From NCBI GenBank assembly GCA_900234795.1, contig LT962688.1:1020001-1052000 (forward strand): 32,000 bases of DNA. The letters run 5' to 3'. A program made the translations under genes and the position numbers. Below are positions 1 through 9,787 of this stretch, in pieces. Origin of the DNA: Methylorubrum extorquens (lineage in GTDB: Bacteria; Pseudomonadota; Alphaproteobacteria; Rhizobiales; Beijerinckiaceae). Each line of letters starts with the position of its first letter. Position 1 is the stretch's first letter. The notes below the pieces were generated by a model. It was given only the letters and a program-made list of their open reading frames with translations. It searched no databases and was not told the origin of the DNA.

Positions 1-67
1 GATCGAGACGGATCGGCCCGTCCCCTGTCGGAACGCGCCGCTTCGCGTTACCTACAGCATCGCCTGA
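1..67 (+). CDS. 3' end of an unidentified CDS entering from the left edge (partial)
   Basis: The frame starting at nt 2 is open to TGA at 65-67. Third codon positions are mostly G/C, as in the real genes here. It is too short to name. Confidence 0.25.
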   Translation, partial: IETDRPVPCRNAPLRVTYSIA

Positions 68-204
68 GACGGCGCGTGCCGGCTCGTCCGAAAAGGGCGA
101 TGCGAAATCCGCTTTTGCCGGGTAGCCCGGATTGCGCACCGCCTCAAGCGGTGGCGGAATCCGCGGTGGAACCGCCGGGCCGCAGCAACGGAGTGAGTCA
201 GTTC

Positions 205-825
205 ATGAGAGGTGCCATCATGCGAGGGGCCACGACGCCTGCCATCCGCCGTATACCGGTCGCCATCCCTTTGGCCGCGGCCCTGCTCGCGGGCCTTGCC
301 GGGTCCGCCTTCGCGCAAGATGCCAAGGAGGCTCCGAAGGAGCCGGCCCCCGCCAAGACGGAGAGTGCCGGCGCGCCGCAGACCTACGAGAGCGCGATCA
401 CCAACGGCAAGGGTGACACCATCGGCAAGATCATGATCCGCGACGGGGCGAATTCCCTCGTCATGCGGCTGTCGATTCAGGCCGGCGGCCTGCCTCCGGG
501 CTGGCACGGCATCCATTTCCACGCCGTCGGCGACTGCTCGGACACGGAGAAGTTCGAGAAGTCGAAGGCCCACGTGAACCACGACCAGAGCAAGCACGGC
601 CTGCTCAACCCCGACGGCCCGGACGAGGGCGACCTGCCCAACGTCTACGCCAACGCCGACGGCTCGGTGAACGCGGAAGTGTCGAGCGAGACCCCGCTGA
701 CCGGCGAGGGCGGCCTGCGCGACGGCGACGGCTCGGCGCTGATCATCCACGCCAACGAGGATGACCACACCAGCCAGCCCATCGGCGGCGCGGGCGCGCG
801 CATCGGCTGCGCGGTCATCAAGTAA
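205..825 (+). CDS. sodC: Periplasmic Cu/Zn superoxide dismutase
   Basis: Motifs GWHGIHFHAVGDC, HVNHD, GDLPN and IIHANEDDH...GGAGARIGCAVIK are present. The signal peptide ends AFAQD. The likely start is ATG 205 or ATG 220; the track ORF start at 76 is an upstream extension. Confidence 0.9.
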   Translation: MRGAIMRGATTPAIRRIPVAIPLAAALLAGLAGSAFAQDAKEAPKEPAPAKTESAGAPQTYESAITNGKGDTIGKIMIRDGANSLVMRLSIQAGGLPPGWHGIHFHAVGDCSDTEKFEKSKAHVNHDQSKHGLLNPDGPDEGDLPNVYANADGSVNAEVSSETPLTGEGGLRDGDGSALIIHANEDDHTSQPIGGAGARIGCAVIK

Positions 826-835
826 CGCGCCTTTT

Positions 836-859
836 GCCCTCCCCCTGCGGGGGGAGGGC
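836..859. terminator. GC-rich hairpin between convergent sodC and dxs
   Basis: GCCCTCCCCC-tgc-GGGGGGAGGGC forms a stem of about 10 bp. TTTT lies on its 5' side on the plus strand, and no clear U-tract follows on either strand. Confidence 0.5.
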
Positions 860-870
860 GTTGGCGGAGG

Positions 871-2886
871 TTACCGCTTCAGGCTCACCACGCTGCCTTC
901 GCGCTGCGCCGCCTTCTCCGGCAGCGCGGCGCGGACGACCTTGAGGATGCCCTCGGCATCGAGTCCGGCCTCGGCGTACATCTTCTCCGGCTTGTCGTGG
1001 TCCTGGTAGCTGTCCGGCAGCGTCAGCGTGCGGACCCGGACCCGGCCGGTATCGAGCACGCCGCGCTCGGCCAGCAGGTGCAGCACCATCGCCCCGAAGC
1101 CGCCGACCGAGCCCTCCTCGACCGTCACCAGAACCTCGTGGCTCATCGCCAGATCGACGATCAGCTCGGCGTCCAGCGGCTTGGCAAAGCGCGCATCCGC
1201 GACCGTGGCCGCGACACCCTCCGCCTCCAGCGCGTCGGCCGCCTTCAACGCCTCCGACAGGCGCGTGCCGAGCGAGAGCAGCGCCACCCGCGCCCCCTCC
1301 GGACGCCGCACCACGCGGCCGCGGCCGATCGCCAGCGGCACGCCCGTCTCCGGCAGCTCGATGCCGACCCCCTCGCCGCGCGGGTAGCGCAGCGCGATCG
1401 GGCCCGAATCGTGCGCGTGGCAGGTCGCCACCATGTGCACCAGCTCGGCCTCGTCGGCCGCCGCCATCACCGTCATGTTCGGCAGGCAGCAGAGATAGGC
1501 CAGATCGAACGCGCCCGCATGCGTGGCGCCGTCGGCGCCGACGAGACCGGCCCGGTCGAGGCAGAACCGCACGGCTAAGTTCTGCAGCGCGACGTCATGC
1601 ACGACCTGATCGTAGGCCCGCTGCAGGAAGGTCGAGTAGATCGCCACGAACGGCTTGTAGCCCTCGGTGGCCAAACCGCCGGCAAAGGTCACCGCGTGCT
1701 GCTCGGCGATGCCGACGTCGAAGGTCCGGTCGGGATGCGCCTTGCCGAACAGGTCGATCCCGGTACCGCCGGGCATCGCCGCGGTGATCGCCACCACCTT
1801 CGGGTCGGCATCGGCCGCCTTGATCAGGCTCTCGCCGAACACGCGGGTATAGGCCGGGGCGTTGGCCTTGGCCTTGGCCTGCACGCCCGAGACCACGTCG
1901 AACTTGACCACGCCGTGATAGCGATCGGCGCTGGCTTCCGCGGGCGCGTAGCCCTTGCCCTTCTGCGTGACGACGTGGAGCAGGATCGGGCCCTGATCCG
2001 AATCGCGCACGTTCTTCAGAACGGGGAGCAGGTGGTCGAGATTGTGCCCGTCGACGGGACCCACATAGTGGAAGCCCATCTCCTCGAACATCGTGCCGCC
2101 GCCGACGATCAGCGAGCGGGCATACTCTTCGGCCGCCGCCGCGCGCTGGTAGAGCGCCTTCGGCAGCAGCTTGCCGAGCTGCTTGGCGGTCTCGCGCAGT
2201 GAGCGATAGGTGCCGCCGGAGGCGAGCCGGGCGAGGTAGGCCGACATCGCGCCGACGGGGGGCGCGATCGACATGTCGTTGTCGTTGAGGATGACGATCA
2301 GGCGCGAGTGCAGGGCGCCGGCATTGTTCATGGCCTCGTAGGCCATGCCGGCCGACATCGAGCCGTCGCCGATCACCGCGATCATGTTGCGGCGCTTCGG
2401 CGCCGGGCCGCCCTTGGCCTTGGCGTCCGCCTCCTCGAGGTCGCGCGCCACGGCCATGCCGAGCGCGGCGGAGATCGAGGTGGAGGAGTGGGCCGCGCCG
2501 AAGGGGTCGTACTCGCTCTCCGAACGCTTGGTGAACCCGGACAGCCCGCCGCCCTGGCGCAGCGTGCGGATGCGGTCACGGCGGCCTGTGAGGATCTTGT
2601 GCGGGTAGCACTGGTGACCGACGTCCCAGACGATGCGGTCGTCGGGAGTGTCGAAGACGTGGTGGAGCGCCACCGTGAGTTCGACCACGCCCAGGCCCGA
2701 GCCGAGATGGCCGCCGGTGATCGACACGGCGTCGATCATCTCGGCGCGCACGGCGTCGGCGACTCGCCGCAGCTCGCTCTCCGGCAGAAGCCGGAGACGA
2801 TCCGGCGTCTCAAGACCCTCAAGGATCGTCGTGTCCGCTAGTGCCACCGGACCAGCCTCATACCCGAAGTAAGGAACAGCGCACAA
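871..2886 (-). CDS. dxs: 1-deoxy-D-xylulose-5-phosphate synthase
   Basis: Full-length DXS-like sequence ([39 protein letters not shown], transketolase-like C-terminus). An alternative GTG start at 2847 lies behind GAGG and gives about 658 aa. Confidence 0.92.
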   Translation of the reverse strand: MCAVPYFGYEAGPVALADTTILEGLETPDRLRLLPESELRRVADAVRAEMIDAVSITGGHLGSGLGVVELTVALHHVFDTPDDRIVWDVGHQCYPHKILTGRRDRIRTLRQGGGLSGFTKRSESEYDPFGAAHSSTSISAALGMAVARDLEEADAKAKGGPAPKRRNMIAVIGDGSMSAGMAYEAMNNAGALHSRLIVILNDNDMSIAPPVGAMSAYLARLASGGTYRSLRETAKQLGKLLPKALYQRAAAAEEYARSLIVGGGTMFEEMGFHYVGPVDGHNLDHLLPVLKNVRDSDQGPILLHVVTQKGKGYAPAEASADRYHGVVKFDVVSGVQAKAKANAPAYTRVFGESLIKAADADPKVVAITAAMPGGTGIDLFGKAHPDRTFDVGIAEQHAVTFAGGLATEGYKPFVAIYSTFLQRAYDQVVHDVALQNLAVRFCLDRAGLVGADGATHAGAFDLAYLCCLPNMTVMAAADEAELVHMVATCHAHDSGPIALRYPRGEGVGIELPETGVPLAIGRGRVVRRPEGARVALLSLGTRLSEALKAADALEAEGVAATVADARFAKPLDAELIVDLAMSHEVLVTVEEGSVGGFGAMVLHLLAERGVLDTGRVRVRTLTLPDSYQDHDKPEKMYAEAGLDAEGILKVVRAALPEKAAQREGSVVSLKR

Positions 2887-2936
2887 ACCTCTGCGCGCGA
2901 TGAATTTTGTCGTGATTGAAACCGCACCGGCGTCAC

Positions 2937-3203
2937 CTACTCGACGTCGAGCGGCGCAGTGCCGGCGGCCCGGCCGTCCGGTCCGATTGCGATCTTCTGG
3001 ATGCGTGCCTCGGCCCGTTTCAGCAGGGTCTCGCAGTGACGCTTGAGCGCCTCGCCGCGCTCGTAGATCGCCACCGATTCGTCGAGGGGCACGTCACCGC
3101 GCTCCAGCCGACGCACGATCTCCTCGAGCTGCTCCAGGGCCCGCTCGAACGGAAGATCGTCCGGCGCCGCCGCCGCAGATGCGTCGGGTGTAAGATCGTT
3201 CAT
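2937..3203 (-). CDS. xseB: Exodeoxyribonuclease VII small subunit
   Basis: 88 aa starting at [43 protein letters not shown] is typical XseB. ATG at 3203. Confidence 0.85.
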   Translation of the reverse strand: MNDLTPDASAAAAPDDLPFERALEQLEEIVRRLERGDVPLDESVAIYERGEALKRHCETLLKRAEARIQKIAIGPDGRAAGTAPLDVE

Positions 3204-3302
3204 CCCGGATTCCTTTTGGGGCGGGTTATGACGGGCGACGTGCGGTCGCACAAGCCCGGGTCGATTGCGTGCGACCGATCTCCGCCGTGCGCGGCGTGCC
3301 TG

Positions 3303-3815
3303 TCACGCCAAGGTGAGGTGGAACGGCGTGCCCTCGAAGGCCTCGGCGCCGCGCCCGATTCCAGCCACGGCGGCGCTCATCCGACCCTCGCGTCCGAGCA
3401 GGCGGTCGGCGATCTCGACGAACAGGCGATTCGGCGTGGCGCTCGGCGCGAGCCGCCGCACGTCTTGCGCGAGTTCCGCCTCGTCCCAATCCGGCCGCAG
3501 GGCGCAGGCCGCGACATAGGCCGCCGCGGTGGAGCGGCTGATCCCGGCATAGCAGTGGATCACCATCGGCTTTTCGCGGGGCCACGCCGCCACGAAATCG
3601 AGGACGGCGCGCACATGCGCCTCGCCCGGCGGCAGGTGCCCCTCCATCGGCGCGACGATGTCGCTGAAGCCGACGCGCAGGTGGTGCTCGGCACGGATCG
3701 CGGCCGGACGCTCCACCGCACTGCCGAGCGTGGCCAGCGTCACGAGATGGCTCGCGCCGCTTGCCGCGACGGTCTCCGGCAGGCGCGAGAGGGGGCAGAC
3801 GTGGATGACGGGCAT
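3303..3815 (-). CDS. Cys-based (tyrosine/dual-specificity-like) phosphatase family protein
   Basis: 170 aa starting at MPVIHV, with the HCX5R(S/T) P-loop HCYAGISRS. The upstream part of track ORF 3303..4415 is a low-complexity Arg/Pro shadow. Confidence 0.7.
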   Translation of the reverse strand: MPVIHVCPLSRLPETVAASGASHLVTLATLGSAVERPAAIRAEHHLRVGFSDIVAPMEGHLPPGEAHVRAVLDFVAAWPREKPMVIHCYAGISRSTAAAYVAACALRPDWDEAELAQDVRRLAPSATPNRLFVEIADRLLGREGRMSAAVAGIGRGAEAFEGTPFHLTLA

Positions 3816-3829
3816 TCTCTTTTTCGGTC

Positions 3830-4456
3830 TCACGCCCCGCGCTGAAGCGCCGCGAAGCGGGCGAGATAGCACGCCTCCGCCTCCGCCGTCGGCCATCCGG
3901 CGACCAGCCACTCGATTTCGGCATCGATGGGCTCGGGCAGAACCGGCGGGCGCCCGAAGATCCCGTCGGCCTCCGCGTTCGAAAAACCGGCGAGCCGGGT
4001 CGCCTCGATCGCCGCGGCGATGCGGTCGGCGCGCTTGACGAGACGGGCGAGCGCCGGGGAGGGCGCGGCGAGCCCGAAGCGTTGGCGGATCGCCGCGAGC
4101 AGGCGCCGCTCGACGCTGCGATAGGCGTCGCCGATCGCGTTCTTGAGCGGCGAGATGATGTCGCCGATGACGTATTCCGGCGCGTCGTGGAGCAGCAATT
4201 CGAGCCGCTCCGGGGCGCCGATCCGCGGATCGAGGGCGCCGCCGATCGCCTCCACCAGCAGCGAGTGCTGCGCCACGGAGAAGACGTGCGGGCCCGCCGT
4301 CTGCCCGTTCCAGCGGGCGACGCGGGCCAGCCCATGGGCGATGTCGGTGATCTCGACATCGAGCGGCGAGGGGTCGAGCAGGTCGAGCCGCCGGCCCGAC
4401 AGCATTCGCTGCCACGCCCGCACCGGTTTTTTGGAAGTGCTCGCGGCCACGCTCAC
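3830..4456 (-). CDS. HD-domain phosphohydrolase (YfbR-like family)
   Basis: Contains H...HDAPEYVIGD...D metal-binding motifs. GTG at 4456 overlaps the tag stop as GTGA; the alternative is ATG at 4405. The 480-aa track ORF is an artefactual extension through tag. Confidence 0.7.
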   Translation of the reverse strand: MSVAASTSKKPVRAWQRMLSGRRLDLLDPSPLDVEITDIAHGLARVARWNGQTAGPHVFSVAQHSLLVEAIGGALDPRIGAPERLELLLHDAPEYVIGDIISPLKNAIGDAYRSVERRLLAAIRQRFGLAAPSPALARLVKRADRIAAAIEATRLAGFSNAEADGIFGRPPVLPEPIDAEIEWLVAGWPTAEAEACYLARFAALQRGA

Positions 4457-5082
4457 GGGCGGCGGCCCTCGCCGAGGGCGGCGCAGCGCGCGTGACGATG
4501 GCAGCCGGTGAGATGGTCGTTGACCATGCCGACCGCCTGCATGAAGGCGTGGACGATGGTGGGGCCGCAGAAGGTGAAGCCCTTCGCTTTCAGGGCCTTG
4601 CCCATCGTTCGTGACACATCGGTTTCGGTGGCGATCGCGGCGCGGGTGGCCGCGTTGGTCTGGATCGGCCGGCCATCGCAAAAGTCCCAGAGGAAGGGCG
4701 AGAAGCCCGGCCCCGCCTCCTCGATCGCGAGCCATGCCCGCGCGCCGCTGATCGCGCCGCGGATCTTGGCGCGGTTGCGGATGATGCCGGTGTCGCCCAT
4801 CAGCCGCTCGACATCGTCGTCCGTGAAGCGGGCGATCCGCTCCGGCTCGAAGCCCTCGAAGGCCCGGCGGAAGCCGTCGCGGCGGCGCAGGATGGTGATC
4901 CACGACAGGCCCGCCTGGAACCCGTCGAGGATCAGCTTTTCGTAGAGCGCGCGGGAATCGGTTTCCGGCACGCCCCACTCGGTGTCGTGATAGGCGACGT
5001 AAAGCGGATCGGTCCCCGGCCACCAGCAGCGCGGACAGCCATCGGGATGGGTGGTGATCAGCCCGCTCGAATCCGCGCTCAT
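4453..5082 (-). CDS. tag: DNA-3-methyladenine glycosylase I
   Basis: Contains YHDTEWGVP, LILDGFQAGLSWITIL, IIRNRAKI and VGMVNDH..C, as in the Tag family. Confidence 0.88.
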   Translation of the reverse strand: MSADSSGLITTHPDGCPRCWWPGTDPLYVAYHDTEWGVPETDSRALYEKLILDGFQAGLSWITILRRRDGFRRAFEGFEPERIARFTDDDVERLMGDTGIIRNRAKIRGAISGARAWLAIEEAGPGFSPFLWDFCDGRPIQTNAATRAAIATETDVSRTMGKALKAKGFTFCGPTIVHAFMQAVGMVNDHLTGCHRHARCAALGEGRRP

Positions 5083-5933
5083 CCGGCCACGGCCGTGTCG
5101 GTGGGGAAGGCGAAGCCGGCGAATTCGGGCTTGGCCACAGCCGCGATCGTGCCGCCCGCCCGCACCGGCTCGCCGATGGCGAGCGCGTCGCCGAGGCGGT
5201 CGAGGCGGATCGTAGCGAGCCCCCGGTCACCAGCCGCGCTACCCGTGACGCCGAGGCTGCGCGCGCCCGCAATCACCTCCGTGCCGGGCTCCGGCGCCGG
5301 GCCGTCGCGGTAGACGATGGGCAGGATGCGGGTGCGGGCGGTGCCACGGTGCTGCATCCGCGAGACGACTTCCTGCCCGACATAGCAGCCCTTCTTGAAG
5401 TCCACGCCGCCGAGTTGGTCCATCAGCGCCTCGTGCGGGAAGGCGTCGCCGAAGGCGAAGTCGCGCCCGCCTTCCGGCACGCCGAGCCCGATGCGGTGGG
5501 CGTGATACGCGTCTTCCGTGGCATCGGCCGAGAACGCGCCCTCGGCAAAATACAGCCGCTCGCCGAGCGTGGGCAGGCGTCCGTCGCGCACGCGCACCGT
5601 CTCGGCCGCGGTCTCGGCCCCCTCCCAGGCCGCGGCGACGCCGAGCGTCGGGTCGGCGGCCACCGTCACCTTGGCGCGCAGGCGGTAGAGCCCGAGCCGC
5701 TTGACCAGGTCGGCGACGCGCTCGGCGGCAACGTCGAGACGGAAGCCATCGTCCGAGCGGGATACCAGGAAATCGAACTGGATCTTGCCCTGGGGCGTCA
5801 GCAGCGCGCCGAGCCGCGCCTCGCCCTCGGGCAGTGTCTCGACGTTGCAGGTGAGGATGCCTTGCAGGAAGGGGAGCGCGTGCGGACCCGAGACGGCAAC
5901 GACGGTGCGGTCCGGCAGCAGGGCGATCGGCAT
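5079..5933 (-). CDS. ygfZ: YgfZ-type folate-binding protein (aminomethyltransferase fold)
   Basis: Contains the signature KGCYVGQEVVSRMQHRG. It is 284 aa and its stop overlaps the tag start by 4 nt. Confidence 0.8.
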   Translation of the reverse strand: MPIALLPDRTVVAVSGPHALPFLQGILTCNVETLPEGEARLGALLTPQGKIQFDFLVSRSDDGFRLDVAAERVADLVKRLGLYRLRAKVTVAADPTLGVAAAWEGAETAAETVRVRDGRLPTLGERLYFAEGAFSADATEDAYHAHRIGLGVPEGGRDFAFGDAFPHEALMDQLGGVDFKKGCYVGQEVVSRMQHRGTARTRILPIVYRDGPAPEPGTEVIAGARSLGVTGSAAGDRGLATIRLDRLGDALAIGEPVRAGGTIAAVAKPEFAGFAFPTDTAVAG

Positions 5934-6034
5934 GGCATCTCCTTGAAAGGACGGCGGCGTTGCGCGTGTGGGACGCCTGACATAAGCCGCCGCTATCCTC
6001 GTCTCAATCGCACCATGCGAACCGGGAGAGCCCG

Positions 6035-7372
6035 ATGGAAGCGCCTTTCGACCTCGTCCTGTCCGGCGGCACGCTGGTGAACCACGACGGCGAGCATCGT
6101 GCCGATCTCGGCATCCGCAGCGGACGGGTAGCGGCCATCGGCGACCTTTCGGGCGCTTCGGCGCAGGAGCGGCGCGATTGCCGCGGCCTGCATCTTCTGC
6201 CCGGCGTGATCGACAGCCAGGTGCATTTCCGCGAGCCCGGCCTCGACCACAAGGAAGACCTGGAAACGGGCTCGCGCGCGGCGGTGATGGGCGGCGTCAC
6301 GGCGGTGTTCGAGATGCCCAACACCAACCCGCAGACCACGAGCGCCGCAGCACTCGCCGACAAGGTGGCCCGCGCCCACCACAGGATGCATTGCGACTTC
6401 GCCTTCTGGGTCGGCGGCACCCATGAGAATGCCGGCGAGGTCGCCGCGTTGGAGCGGCTGCCTGCTGCTGCCGGGATTAAGGTGTTCATCGGCTCCTCCA
6501 CCGGCTCGCTGCTGGTCGAGGACGATGCCGGCGTGCGCGAGATCCTGAAGCAGATCCGTCGCCGCGCCGCCTTCCACTCGGAAGACGAGCCGATGCTGCG
6601 CGAGCGCAAGGGCCTTCGCGTGCCGGGCGATGCCGCTTCGCACCCGGTCTGGCGCTCGCCGGAGGTGGCGGTGAAGGCCACGCAGCGGCTGATCGCACTC
6701 GCGCGGGAGACGGGTGCGCGCATCCACATCCTGCACATTTCGACCGCGGACGAGATGCCGATTCTGGCCGAGGCGAAGGATGTCGCCAGCGTCGAGGTGA
6801 CGCCGCACCACCTGACGATCGACGGGACGGAAGCCTATGCCCGGCTCGGGACGCTGGTGCAGATGAACCCGCCGGTGCGCGACGCCGTCCACCGCGACGG
6901 GATCTGGCGCGGTCTGAGCCAGGGCGTGGTCGATGTGCTCGGCTCCGACCACGCGCCGCACACGCTGGAGGAGAAGGCCAAGCCCTATCCGGACTCGCCC
7001 TCCGGCATGACCGGCGTGCAGACGCTGGTGCCGATCATGCTCGACCATGTGAATGCCGGCCGGCTCTCGCTCGCCCGGTTCGTCGATCTGACCAGCGCCG
7101 GCCCGAAGCGCCTGTTCGGCATCGCCCGCAAGGGGCGGCTCGCCGTTGGCTACGATGCCGACGTGACGGTGGTGGACCTCAAGCGCCGCGAGACGATCCG
7201 CAACGAATGGATCGCCTCGAAATGCGGCTGGACGCCCTATGACGGGCTCACCGTCACCGGTTGGCCGGTGGGAACGGTGGTGCGGGGCACGCCGGTGATG
7301 TGGCAGGGCGAGTTGGCCAACCCCGCACGCGGCGAGGCGGTGGTGTTCGAGGAAGCGCTGCCGACAGGGTAG
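6035..7372 (+). CDS. pyrC: Dihydroorotase (cyclic amidohydrolase, about 445 aa type)
   Basis: Contains GVIDSQVHFREPG, EMPNTNP and GSDHAPH metal-ligand motifs. GGGAGAG lies upstream of the ATG. Confidence 0.85.
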   Translation: MEAPFDLVLSGGTLVNHDGEHRADLGIRSGRVAAIGDLSGASAQERRDCRGLHLLPGVIDSQVHFREPGLDHKEDLETGSRAAVMGGVTAVFEMPNTNPQTTSAAALADKVARAHHRMHCDFAFWVGGTHENAGEVAALERLPAAAGIKVFIGSSTGSLLVEDDAGVREILKQIRRRAAFHSEDEPMLRERKGLRVPGDAASHPVWRSPEVAVKATQRLIALARETGARIHILHISTADEMPILAEAKDVASVEVTPHHLTIDGTEAYARLGTLVQMNPPVRDAVHRDGIWRGLSQGVVDVLGSDHAPHTLEEKAKPYPDSPSGMTGVQTLVPIMLDHVNAGRLSLARFVDLTSAGPKRLFGIARKGRLAVGYDADVTVVDLKRRETIRNEWIASKCGWTPYDGLTVTGWPVGTVVRGTPVMWQGELANPARGEAVVFEEALPTG

Positions 7373-7639
7373 CGCCGCGCCGGGATATCCCATCCGGCGG
7401 CAGGCTTTTCGCGAGCCTCCCGCCTGTAAGCCGTTCACTACGGACGGTTGCCCTGCACCGTTTGGGACGCTCAGTCATTGTGCCGGTGTTCGAGCCGACA
7501 CCATAGTTGAAAGAGGCGCGCCGAGCAGACGAAGATCACTTCGAAGTCATCCGTGACTGGCTGCCGCGAAGATGCCTTGCGTTTCTTTCAAGGGTTGCGG
7601 GGACGGATGTCCGGAAAAGGTGAAGTGTCGGCCGTTGCC

Positions 7640-8308
7640 ATGCGGTCATGGCACAGCCATGCGGCATGGGCGATGCGAGGCGTCGCGCTGGGGAGCCTGC
7701 TCGCCTTGACGGGCGCGGGCACGGCCTGGGCGAAGGACATCGTCCTGCCGGAGAAGAATCCGGCCGTGACCCTGACGATCCCCGACGACTGGAAGACCGA
7801 GGTGCGCGACACCGAGGTCGTCTCGACCTCGCCCGATGGCGACGTCTCGTTCGAGGTGGGCTTCGAAACGCGGGCGGACCGCGACAGCCTCGTCAAGGAC
7901 AAGGTGAGCTTCCTGCGCAAGCAGAAGGTCAACCTCTCGATCAAGCCGGTCGAGCAGGTGATGGATTTCGGCGGCACGCCGGCCCGGGTTCAGCGCTACC
8001 GCACCACCGACAAATACGGAAAGACGATCGTCGATCTCGTGACCCTCGACGCGAGCCGGGACCGCGCGCTCCTCATGACGATCTGGGGATCCGAGGATCA
8101 GCGCCAGGCCAACGAAGCGGCGCTGGACACCATCATGAAGAGCGTCCGGGTTCCGGCCGAGACCGGCGGGAGCAGCAACTTCTGGTCAGGCGGCAAGACG
8201 GCCGCCAAACCCGAGACGAAGCCGGAAGCGAAAGTCGAGACGAAGTCCGAGCCCGCGGCGGCCGGCTTGCCGCCCTCAGTGGCGGCCGCCCAGCCCCCGC
8301 GCCCTTGA
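7640..8308 (+). CDS. Secreted protein: N-terminal domain plus Pro/Lys/Ala linker. Probably the 5' part of one split gene.
   Basis: The signal peptide is MRGVALGSLLALTGAGTAWA|KD. Possible starts are 7607, 7640 and 7673. The ORF ends inside a low-complexity linker at TGA 8306-8308. Confidence 0.6.
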   Translation: MRSWHSHAAWAMRGVALGSLLALTGAGTAWAKDIVLPEKNPAVTLTIPDDWKTEVRDTEVVSTSPDGDVSFEVGFETRADRDSLVKDKVSFLRKQKVNLSIKPVEQVMDFGGTPARVQRYRTTDKYGKTIVDLVTLDASRDRALLMTIWGSEDQRQANEAALDTIMKSVRVPAETGGSSNFWSGGKTAAKPETKPEAKVETKSEPAAAGLPPSVAAAQPPRP

Positions 8309-9231
8309 GGCCCTACGCCACCCGGCGTGCGCTGTACGTCGCCCGCAAGGCCGCCGATTTCGGCGATGTCGAAGCCCGGCCCTCGAACGTCTTCAAGCCC
8401 GGCGAGCCGCTCCTGACCTATATCGAGCCGGTGGGCGAGGCCACGCAGTCGATCGGAAGCGATCAGATCGGCTTCGGCGTGATCGTTGATTTCGAGGTCC
8501 GCACGCCGGAGGGCAAGGCCCTCGCGACCCAGAAGAACATGATCGACCGCGACGTGACCGTGAAACGCGCGGAGGGCGAGCCGAACTTCTTCCTCAACCT
8601 CAGCCTCGACCTCGACGGCTTTCCGCCGGACAATTACGTGCTGGTCTATACCCTGCGCGATAAGCTGAGCGGGCGCACGCTCGACGTGCCGCAGCCGTTC
8701 ACGATCGCCCAGGCTGCGACCGACAAAGCCGCGGGCGCAGGCCCGGCCGCCCCGAACCCGGCTCCGGCGGCGCCCCCCGCTTCGGCTCAAACCACCGTCG
8801 TGGACGGGTGGACGGTCCAGCTTGCCCCACCGGACGGCGTCTCCTGCGCCATCCACTACGAGAACAAGCCCCCGCGCGCCGACGGCAAGAGATTCGCGAC
8901 GATCGTCGCCTTCGTCTCGATACCCGACAGGAACCTGAAGCTCACAACCCTGGAACTCAAATTTTCCGGCTGGAACTGGACCAAGGACCAAGAGGTCAAG
9001 GCCACGCTCGGCACGAGGGAATTTTACCTGTATTCCGGCCTGAACTGGATCGTTCTCGATCCCAGATCTCTCCTGCTCCGATCCAACGATCCGGAAGATA
9101 TCCTGAAGCTCGTCAAAACGACGTCGAAACTCAGCGTCGAGAGAGACGGCGAGGACGCCGTCACGTTCGACATCACCGCGCCGGACAAGGCTCTGGAGGC
9201 TCTTAAGCCCTGCCGGGATCAATTGAAGTAG
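8305..9231 (+). CDS. Two further domains of the same secreted protein. This is either a TTG-initiated ORF or the frameshifted continuation of 7640..8308.
   Basis: High-GC3 coding begins right at 8305 in another frame. There is no ATG and no signal peptide. The only start-like codon is TTG 8305, overlapping the upstream TGA as TTGA. Two globular blocks are separated by an AAPNPAPAAPPA linker. Confidence 0.55.
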   Translation: MRPYATRRALYVARKAADFGDVEARPSNVFKPGEPLLTYIEPVGEATQSIGSDQIGFGVIVDFEVRTPEGKALATQKNMIDRDVTVKRAEGEPNFFLNLSLDLDGFPPDNYVLVYTLRDKLSGRTLDVPQPFTIAQAATDKAAGAGPAAPNPAPAAPPASAQTTVVDGWTVQLAPPDGVSCAIHYENKPPRADGKRFATIVAFVSIPDRNLKLTTLELKFSGWNWTKDQEVKATLGTREFYLYSGLNWIVLDPRSLLLRSNDPEDILKLVKTTSKLSVERDGEDAVTFDITAPDKALEALKPCRDQLK

Positions 9232-9244
9232 ACGACAAGAAAAC

Positions 9245-9275
9245 GTCCCGACGGCCGGTTTCTGGCCTTCGGGAC
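9245..9275. terminator. Hairpin, possibly a bidirectional terminator
   Basis: GTCCCGA...TCGGGAC arms enclose an inner GGCC/GGCC pair. On the minus strand the hairpin is followed by GTTTTCTTG. Confidence 0.4.
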
Positions 9276-9429
9276 GCGGCACATCGAACAGTGCTTTGCC
9301 GGTACGGGGCCCGCCTCGTCGTCACCGCGAGGCGAAGCCGAAGCGATCCGGAGCGCCGGCACGATCGGTAGGGACCGCTCGCGTTGCGGTTCAATGAATT
9401 CGGCTGACGCCTCCGCCTCAGGCCACCGA

Positions 9430-9684
9430 TCAGTGCTGCAGCGTCGTGGTGAACCCGCCGCCGCGGATACGCTCGGGCAGGGTCTCGGCGTAGCGGGCGG
9501 TGGCGTCCTCGCCATAGGTGGCGACCAGTTCCTGGAACGCCGCGAACAGGGCCGCCTGGGCCATGCAGTCGCCGTCGATCCCGTCGAGGCAGCCCTCCGC
9601 GAATGCTTCCGTCACGAGGCCGAGCGCAAGGCGCTTGCTCTCCGCATCGGCATCGAAGGTTGCGGTGTCGGCATCGTGGATCAT
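9430..9684 (-). CDS. Small acidic hypothetical protein (84 aa)
   Basis: GC3 is very high across the ORF. The start is taken as ATG 9684 (MIHDADTATFDAD...), with an upstream ATG at 9729 possible. I recognise no family. Confidence 0.55.
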   Translation of the reverse strand: MIHDADTATFDADAESKRLALGLVTEAFAEGCLDGIDGDCMAQAALFAAFQELVATYGEDATARYAETLPERIRGGGFTTTLQH

Positions 9685-9787
9685 GGCGGGCGGCTTCGCT
9701 TCTCGGCCGGAACAGTGCCGGCAAGACATCGTCACGATACGGCAGCCTTCACGGGCCGGGAAGCAGGGAATTGCGAAGAGGTTAACG

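Noticed and set aside
168-192. EcfG/general-stress-type promoter GGAAC-N16-CGGA upstream of sodC
   Set aside because: The -35 element matches, but the -10 element is CGGA rather than the strongly conserved CGTT. It cannot be supported from sequence alone.
7616-7639. GGAAA-N15-CGTT motif just upstream of the secreted protein gene
   Set aside because: The -35 element is imperfect and the spacer is short. The motif abuts the candidate ATG at 7640, so it is probably chance.
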